NCBI GenBank assembly: GCA_947503575.1
Contig: CANNDZ010000003.1
Location: forward strand, 159,100-223,099
Reading direction: 5' to 3'
DNA from: an uncultured Kordiimonas sp.
GTDB lineage: Bacteria > Pseudomonadota > Alphaproteobacteria > Sphingomonadales > Kordiimonadaceae
DNA length: 64,000 nt
This document shows positions 57,597 to 64,000 of the stretch, piece by piece. Numbering within the stretch: the first letter of the stretch is position 1; the number at the start of each line of letters is the position of its first letter. The translations under genes were made by a program, and so were the position numbers. Below the pieces are notes generated by a model. The model saw only the letters and a list, made by a program, of their open reading frames with translations, was not told the origin of the DNA and made no database searches.

Positions 57597-60500
57597 TTAT
57601 CCTATAACAATCTGTCCATTATCGAAGATGGCTTGTAATTCCGCCTCATCGATGCCTTCCAGAACGATAGTTCCGTGCGTGCCAATGGTCAGGGTGGTAT
57701 CATTGCCATCAAATGTTGCGGCGGCTAACAAATCAGCCAAAACAAGGCCTTCGATCTCTGAAAAGTCGAGCGTGTCTGTATCACCACCTGCAGAGCCAAA
57801 GTCGGTTATGGTGTCACTGCCAAAGCCGGTGATGAACGCAAATGTGTCATCGCCTGTGCCACCTGTTAAGCTATCATCCCCTGCACCGCCGTATATCAGA
57901 TCATCATCAGCGCCACCGTCAACAGTGTCGTCACCGGCGCCGCCAAACAGCGTGTCATCCCCGTTACCCCCATCAACCATGTCGTTGTCGGTTGCCCCAA
58001 AGGCCTGATCATTGCCGTTGCCGCCCATAAGGGTGTCGTTACCGCTATCAATGGTGCCACCATAAAGGATGTCGTTGCCGTTGCCGCCATTGATACTATC
58101 ATCACCAACACCGCCGCCAATGGTGTCCTGCGCGTTATCACCAAACACAGTGTCCATTCCGCTACCCGCAAAGATAACGTTATCACCGCCTTCAGTGTTA
58201 ACGACTGTACCAGTGTCAGTATTATAAGAACCACCAACGATAAGGTCATCCCCTTCACCGCCAAACAAGGTATCATCACCGGCTGGGCCTGTATTGTCTT
58301 CGCGGGTGGTTGCACGTGCTTCACCGCCAACAATTATGTCATTGCCTCGGCCACCGCCAATAACATCATCACCACTGTTACCTTGGACCGTGTCATCGCC
58401 CTCATCGTTTGGTCCCGCGAAAATACTGTCGTTGCCGCTACCACCGGCAACACTGTCGTTCCCCTCATCGCCGCGCAGGAAGTCATCGCCGCTACCGCCA
58501 GAAACAGTATCGTCGCCGTTACCGCCTTCGATCGTGTCGTTTAGCGAACCTCCAGAAACAGTGTCATTGTTACCCTGCGGATCATCTTGCTCGCGAACAA
58601 CAACAGGTTCTGGGTCAGGCTCCGGGATTGGCTCTGGCTCTGGTTCACTCACAGGGGCTGGTGCAGGCGAAGGTGCCGGAGCGGGTGCAGGCGCCGGGCT
58701 TTCTGTAACGCTTTGCCTGAATGCGAAGTTATTTGCCTGCAACACATCATTCACATCTGCAAAACCAAGTATCCTGAGGCTACTGCCATTACCAAGATCA
58801 ATGTTAAGCTCGTCGTCATTACCGTCCAGGGTCGAGTTCGCAATGATGTCAGCCAAGCTTGTCAGCGTTGTGTTAACGAGCTCAATGGTGTCACCATCAG
58901 CCGCATTAAAGTCCGTGATCGTAGTCTCATTCGTTTGCGATTGGCTGCGTCCCTTACCATCACTGACCACGTTTGCTGAACCAGCCACTACAAAGCTATC
59001 AGCACCCGCACCGCCCGTTAGCGTATCATCCTGATTACCCAGTTCATTACCGTCTTCATCAACAACACCTGCTGTCAGTGTGTCGTCACCGTCACCACCG
59101 TTGATGCTATCATTACCACCAAGACCGTTAAGGGCGTTGTTATTCGCATCGCCAGTAAGCGTGTCATTACCACTACCGCCGTTTGCGTTCTCAATATCCC
59201 TTAATGTATCAATATTGGAGCCAGAAGTCGCTGTTCCCGCAGCAAGATCAAGGTTGAGGTCAGAACTACCGCAGAAATCAAAGGTGTCGACACCATCACC
59301 GCCACTAAGAAAATCGCTACCAATACCACCCACAAGCGTATCATTGCCCCCGCCGCCCATCAGCGAGTCATCGCCAGCATTGCCTATCAGCCGGTTATCG
59401 CCATCATCACCAGTGACAGAGTCGGTGCCGTTCGAGCCAATAACATTCTCAAAGTTGGCAATTGTATCGGTATCACCTGCAAAATCTGTCGCCGTGCCAG
59501 TGGCAAGGTTAATAACAATTACGCTGGTCGGGTCGGCTGTATCAGTGAAATCGACCGTATCGATGCCGTCGCCGCCGTCCAGACTATCATTACCGCTGTT
59601 ACCGTCGATTGTGTCGTCCCCGGCACCGCCGGTGATTGTGTCGTTACCGGCACCACCAAACAGGCTGTCGTCACTCGCTGAGCCATTGATGGTGTCACCA
59701 GCATTACTGCCGATCACGCCTTCAATGCTGATTAAGGTATTGGTTTCACTGCCAGAAATGGCAGTGCCCGCTGTCAAATCAACGCTAACACCCATCAGAT
59801 TACTGAAATCAATGGTGTCGGTGCCATCACCGCCGTCCAGTGTGTCATCGCCGTTGCCGCCGTCCAGCGTATCGTCACCGTCCTGCCCCCGCAGGCTGTT
59901 GGCATTGCCATCACCGGTTAAGCTGTCATTGGCATTTGTGCCCACAAGGTTTTCAATACCGGATAGTGTTCCTGCCTGAGATAAACCTGAACCAACGGCA
60001 ATGCCGCCAAACCCCAGGCTAATGGTCCCCATCATAGACATACCTGTGCCACCGCCGCCAGAAGAGCTTATTGTTCCATTGGCAAGGCTGGCACTAACAC
60101 CCGCAAAGGTGCTGGTTTGCGACCCAAAGTCACTTTCTCCAAGGAAAGCTGTGTCATTACCATTGCCGCCGATGAAGGTGTTATTGCCACCACCACCAAC
60201 AAGGATGTCATCACCTTCACCACCATCAAGGCTGTCGTCATCGCCGCCGCCATCAAGCGTGTCGTTGTCGTCGCCACCAAACAAGGAATCATTCTCACTA
60301 CCACCGATCAGGCTGTCGTTACCGGCACCGCCAAGCAGTATGTCTTCCCCGTCATCGCCGCCACTTAGCGTATCGTTACCATCACCGCCATCAAAGTTAT
60401 CATTGCCGTCTGTGCCGCCAAACGTATCATCACCTGTTGTTCCAAGATCAGCCAAATCAGTCACTTCAATCGTGCGTGTATCGTTGGCTGATGCGCCGTT

Positions 60501-63500
60501 GGCGTCCACAATCGCGAGCGTCACTGTGCGATCTGCCGTAGAGGGTGATGTTGAACTGTTATCGAAACTAACAGCCCTCAACACTTCCTGCACAATCGCG
60601 GCTGTTGCCATGCTGTTGAAGGTGATCTGCAAGACACCATCGCCACCTACATCAACATCAGAACTACCTTGTGTGGCGGTACCAATGATCACACCGTTCG
60701 CAGATACGTTGCCCCCTGCCACTGTGATTGCGGGACCTGTGCCGTTACCGTCCACAATGCTAATGCGGTCCGTGGTTTCGCTGCCGTCTGTTATCTGAAT
60801 AAAGAGGCTCGCGCCGTCAAAGTCCGCGTCCCCATCTGCATCAGCCACCATAGCGGAAGCATCAAGTGCTGTTGCTGCGTCGCCTTCGGTGTAATTCAGT
60901 GGCGTGGTGTCATCAATGCTGATCGTTGGTGTATTATTACCTGAAACTGCCGCAGCGGCTCCTACCCCACCAGCTGGGCCAAGCGGGTTGGTCAAGAAAA
61001 TCGTGTTATTGCCGTTTGTAGACGTGATGCCGGTAAGTATCTGGTCAAAGTCAGCCTCGATAGTTGGCGTGCCTGTCGTTGTTCCAGATGAATATACTCC
61101 GGTGCGCAACACATTGGTGCCAACAAAGTTTAGATTACCTCCGTTATAGATACTGTTCTGTGTATTACTTTCTGAATTTGCAAAAATACTGTCAGTAACA
61201 GTTGTTGTTTGGTTACCACCACCGGAGAGTTGATACCCATCATTACGTGCAAATGTTGTGTTTGTGAATGTGACAATATTGGACCCGGAGCCATAACCTG
61301 TTCTGGTATATGAACGCACTGCGCTGCTATTCACACCAGCATAATTGTCCGCGATGGTAGACCCAGTAATAGAAAGATCACCTTCACGGATATGAATAGC
61401 GGAACCGCCAATGTCGTTACCGCCTGCGGTAGTGTTGCGGCTGAAATTACTATTGGTGATAGTCACTGGAGTTTCGAACGAGTTAAGACCCCCACCGTAC
61501 TGATTTGCCCTGTTGTCGGTGATAGCTGTGTTAGATATAACAAGGCTGGACGCGGCATATCTTGCGTGAATACCGCCACCTGTTGCTGCCGTATTGTTGC
61601 TAATGACGCTGTTGTTAATCGTGAGCGTTGACCCGTTCCGATTTTCAAAGAATAAACCGCCACCACGATTACTCAAACTGCTTGGGTCCAGGTAACCGCC
61701 GGTTATGGTAAGGCCATCAAGCGTCACATCACCGTCAGTGATGCTCAGCACGCGGCTCATGCCGTTCGCGTCAATCGTCACATCAGGTGTGCCGTCATCA
61801 TCCAGATCACCGTCGATGGTGACACCTGTGGTGATTTCAAGCTGGCTGCCACCCAGTGTGATGGTGCCGCCCTGATTACCTGATGTAGTGCCGTCCAGAT
61901 CAAAAGTGATTGTTGTGCCATCGCTTGCCAGCGCCAGTGCTTCACGCAGTGACAAGCCGCCACCGTCCGCCGTTTCCGCCGCCAAGTCACCCGTCACCGT
62001 GGAGTCATCGCCCGTATCGCTGTTGCTTGTTACCAAAAATGTTTGCGCAACAGCAGGGCCGGAGCCTGCCACAACTGTGCCGGACGGTGCCGCAGGACCG
62101 CCCGATATAACAGCGATGGTTTGAACAACGCCACCATTGTCTGCCAAAACACCAGTCGTGACAGTTCGCGCCCCACCGCCACTGCCTACTGTCGCAGACG
62201 CAACATTTGTGAAGATATTCCTTGGATCAGTTTCAACTGTGATATTGCTGGCGCCGGTATCTGGTGTGAAAGCTTCAGTTAAAACAACAGGGCCTGTAAT
62301 GTTAACCGTACCACCTGAATTATATATATTGGGCCTGGAGTCCGTTGTATCGCCAGAAAGGGACGAATCGCCAATAATACTCCCTGTTACATTGACGATA
62401 CCGCCATAAAGGGTAAGTTCACCGGCGCCGGACGTATTGTTTGCGTTACCGGTAATTGTACTTCCAGTGATATTCGCCGTGCCACCCGAAACATAAACTG
62501 CACCACCACGATTGATATAATTGAACGCAATCGTGGTATTTTGAATATCCACGACAGTAGCGGCACCCGCCACGTGAACTACGCCACTAAATGCGAAATA
62601 GCCATTTGTATTACTAGCGATCAGGCTGTCACGAATGGTCGTAGCCGCACTAGAGTTCACATAAACTGCACTTCCGGTGTTGTTTGCATAATTGTTGGAC
62701 AACACTGTGTCGGCAACAGTCAATGACCCAGCACCGCTAACATGAACGCCGCCGCCATTGTCGGCGGAATTATCTGTAACAACACTGTTCTGTATCGTAA
62801 CGGTGGCCGCAGTTCCAACCAAAACGCCACCACCATCATCGTTTGGAAAAACGGGTTGTCCCCCACTTATCGTTAAACCATCAAGCACCGTTGTTCCGCC
62901 ACTAATGTTAAACACACGGCTAGCATCGTTTGCGTCAATCGTTACATCTGGCAGATTGTCATCATCCAGATCACCATCAATGGTGATGCCTTGCGTGATC
63001 GCGAGCTCGGTGCCGCCAAGGGTAATGGTGCCGCCGTCCAACGCGCCAGCGAACGTAACCGTGTCACCCGTTTCTGCGAGACCAATGGCTTCCCGCAGCG
63101 AGAGGCCGCCACCGTCCGCCGTTTCAGCCGCCAGGTCACCCGTAACAGTGGCATCATCGCCCGTATCATCGGTTGTAGTAACAGTGAAAGTATCTGGCTG
63201 GGCGGTGATGTTAAACTGAACAGTGTCGTCGTCTGTACCCCCGTTACCATCGGATGTCTGAATGCGGATTGACCCTGCATTCGTGCCGTTCAGGTTTGGG
63301 GTGGGGGTAAAGGTCAGACTATTAAGGGCGCTGTTTATATCTGCAAGGGCACCACTGAATACGATCAACGGATCATCGGTGCCGTCGCCGGTCGTGAAAG
63401 CTATGAAACCAGCACTCAGAGATGCGGTCCCACCTGTGATGGTCAGTGTGACAGTCTGCGTGTCGTTATCACTATCGGCGATTTGAATATCGTCCGCAAT

Positions 63501-64000
63501 CGCGACATTGGTGTCATCCTCGTTCACCGTTGGCGCCGTAGGCAGCGTAATTGTGGGCGCAGCGTTGGGGCCAGTGGCGCCGAGCGCAGCATAGGCACCT
63601 GTTGCTGGTGCTGTTTGGCCCGCACCAGTGCCAGCTAGTGCGCCACCGACAATACCATTTACTGTAACCGTACTCGCAAAAATCTGGCTGAGATCAGTTT
63701 GAACCGTTGCCGACGTGCCGTTTACTGTTGGGTTTTGACCTGAAGTAATCAATGTTGCAGACGAAAAAACATTACTGCCAGTATAGGTGAAGGTACCGTT
63801 GTAACCGGGGCCACCGTCATAATTCACAGCATTGTTTTCGCTCGTAATTATGCTGTTGTTCACAGAAAAAACACGTGGCGGTGAGTACCCTCCTTCGATT
63901 AAAACACCATCACCACTATTGCCTGTTATCGTTGTGGAATTGAGCGTCAGTGAACCGCCGTAATTCAACCTGATACCAGCCGCGCCACCCGTGTTCTGCG
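57597..64000 (-). CDS. Giant RTX/T1SS-secreted adhesin-like protein, 5' partial
   Basis: More than 2120 aa with the frame open to the window edge; right-handed beta-helix repeats, two SLREA modules, cadherin-like domains, dozens of GGxGxD nonapeptides, a PA/PE linker and an acidic T1SS-type C-terminus. Confidence 0.88.
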   Translation of the reverse strand, partial: QNTGGAAGIRLNYGGSLTLNSTTITGNSGDGVLIEGGYSPPRVFSVNNSIITSENNAVNYDGGPGYNGTFTYTGSNVFSSATLITSGQNPTVNGTSATVQTDLSQIFASTVTVNGIVGGALAGTGAGQTAPATGAYAALGATGPNAAPTITLPTAPTVNEDDTNVAIADDIQIADSDNDTQTVTLTITGGTASLSAGFIAFTTGDGTDDPLIVFSGALADINSALNSLTFTPTPNLNGTNAGSIRIQTSDGNGGTDDDTVQFNITAQPDTFTVTTTDDTGDDATVTGDLAAETADGGGLSLREAIGLAETGDTVTFAGALDGGTITLGGTELAITQGITIDGDLDDDNLPDVTIDANDASRVFNISGGTTVLDGLTISGGQPVFPNDDGGGVLVGTAATVTIQNSVVTDNSADNGGGVHVSGAGSLTVADTVLSNNYANNTGSAVYVNSSAATTIRDSLIASNTNGYFAFSGVVHVAGAATVVDIQNTTIAFNYINRGGAVYVSGGTANITGSTITGNANNTSGAGELTLYGGIVNVTGSIIGDSSLSGDTTDSRPNIYNSGGTVNITGPVVLTEAFTPDTGASNITVETDPRNIFTNVASATVGSGGGARTVTTGVLADNGGVVQTIAVISGGPAAPSGTVVAGSGPAVAQTFLVTSNSDTGDDSTVTGDLAAETADGGGLSLREALALASDGTTITFDLDGTTSGNQGGTITLGGSQLEITTGVTIDGDLDDDGTPDVTIDANGMSRVLSITDGDVTLDGLTITGGYLDPSSLSNRGGGLFFENRNGSTLTINNSVISNNTAATGGGIHARYAASSLVISNTAITDNRANQYGGGLNSFETPVTITNSNFSRNTTAGGNDIGGSAIHIREGDLSITGSTIADNYAGVNSSAVRSYTRTGYGSGSNIVTFTNTTFARNDGYQLSGGGNQTTTVTDSIFANSESNTQNSIYNGGNLNFVGTNVLRTGVYSSGTTTGTPTIEADFDQILTGITSTNGNNTIFLTNPLGPAGGVGAAAAVSGNNTPTISIDDTTPLNYTEGDAATALDASAMVADADGDADFDGASLFIQITDGSETTDRISIVDGNGTGPAITVAGGNVSANGVIIGTATQGSSDVDVGGDGVLQITFNSMATAAIVQEVLRAVSFDNSSTSPSTADRTVTLAIVDANGASANDTRTIEVTDLADLGTTGDDTFGGTDGNDNFDGGDGNDTLSGGDDGEDILLGGAGNDSLIGGSENDSLFGGDDNDTLDGGGDDDSLDGGEGDDILVGGGGNNTFIGGNGNDTAFLGESDFGSQTSTFAGVSASLANGTISSSGGGGTGMSMMGTISLGFGGIAVGSGLSQAGTLSGIENLVGTNANDSLTGDGNANSLRGQDGDDTLDGGNGDDTLDGGDGTDTIDFSNLMGVSVDLTAGTAISGSETNTLISIEGVIGSNAGDTINGSASDDSLFGGAGNDTITGGAGDDTIDGNSGNDSLDGGDGIDTVDFTDTADPTSVIVINLATGTATDFAGDTDTIANFENVIGSNGTDSVTGDDGDNRLIGNAGDDSLMGGGGNDTLVGGIGSDFLSGGDGVDTFDFCGSSDLNLDLAAGTATSGSNIDTLRDIENANGGSGNDTLTGDANNNALNGLGGNDSINGGDGDDTLTAGVVDEDGNELGNQDDTLTGGAGADSFVVAGSANVVSDGKGRSQSQTNETTITDFNAADGDTIELVNTTLTSLADIIANSTLDGNDDELNIDLGNGSSLRILGFADVNDVLQANNFAFRQSVTESPAPAPAPAPSPAPAPVSEPEPEPIPEPDPEPVVVREQDDPQGNNDTVSGGSLNDTIEGGNGDDTVSGGSGDDFLRGDEGNDSVAGGSGNDSIFAGPNDEGDDTVQGNSGDDVIGGGRGNDIIVGGEARATTREDNTGPAGDDTLFGGEGDDLIVGGSYNTDTGTVVNTEGGDNVIFAGSGMDTVFGDNAQDTIGGGVGDDSINGGNGNDILYGGTIDSGNDTLMGGNGNDQAFGATDNDMVDGGNGDDTLFGGAGDDTVDGGADDDLIYGGAGDDSLTGGTGDDTFAFITGFGSDTITDFGSAGGDTDTLDFSEIEGLVLADLLAAATFDGNDTTLTIGTHGTIVLEGIDEAELQAIFDNGQIVIG

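Noticed and set aside
58294-60798. Long Ser/Pro-rich plus-strand ORFs (246, 299 and 265 aa)
   Set aside because: Antisense readings of the GGxGxD repeats of the RTX gene

Overview
Chromosomal window of a probably marine alphaproteobacterium (taxon inferred from gene content only). No rRNA, tRNA, CRISPR array, transposase or integrase was recognised. About 37 CDS. From left to right: a partial alpha/beta hydrolase; an RND efflux pair with a divergent TetR; a co-directional lipid-storage locus (6154-14234, minus strand) that combines a Pseudomonas-type class II PHA set (phaC, phaZ, phasin, phaD-like) with a wax ester/TAG synthase, a lipase-like hydrolase and two paralogous phasin-like proteins whose promoters share an identical 21-bp box; a tricorn protease; an atypical BCCT transporter; methionine gamma-lyase with Lrp; Prx5; MAPEG with LysR; three tandem ~1050-1090 aa BNR/VPS10 beta-propeller proteins downstream of a TonB receptor and PepSY-TM gene; an Atm1-type ABC exporter; CosR/EctR with BetT; CsaA; two TonB receptors followed by a TPR-sulfotransferase; a GNAT; a DUF418-Kelch-ABC permease trio with no ATPase; PhoX; and the 3' part of a giant RTX adhesin that runs off the window. 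The best candidates for undescribed biology are the hybrid PHA/neutral-lipid granule locus with its unusual phasins and operator, the TBDR-PepSY-3xVPS10 array, and the TBDR-sulfotransferase pair. All product calls come from motifs read by eye; no database searches were run.
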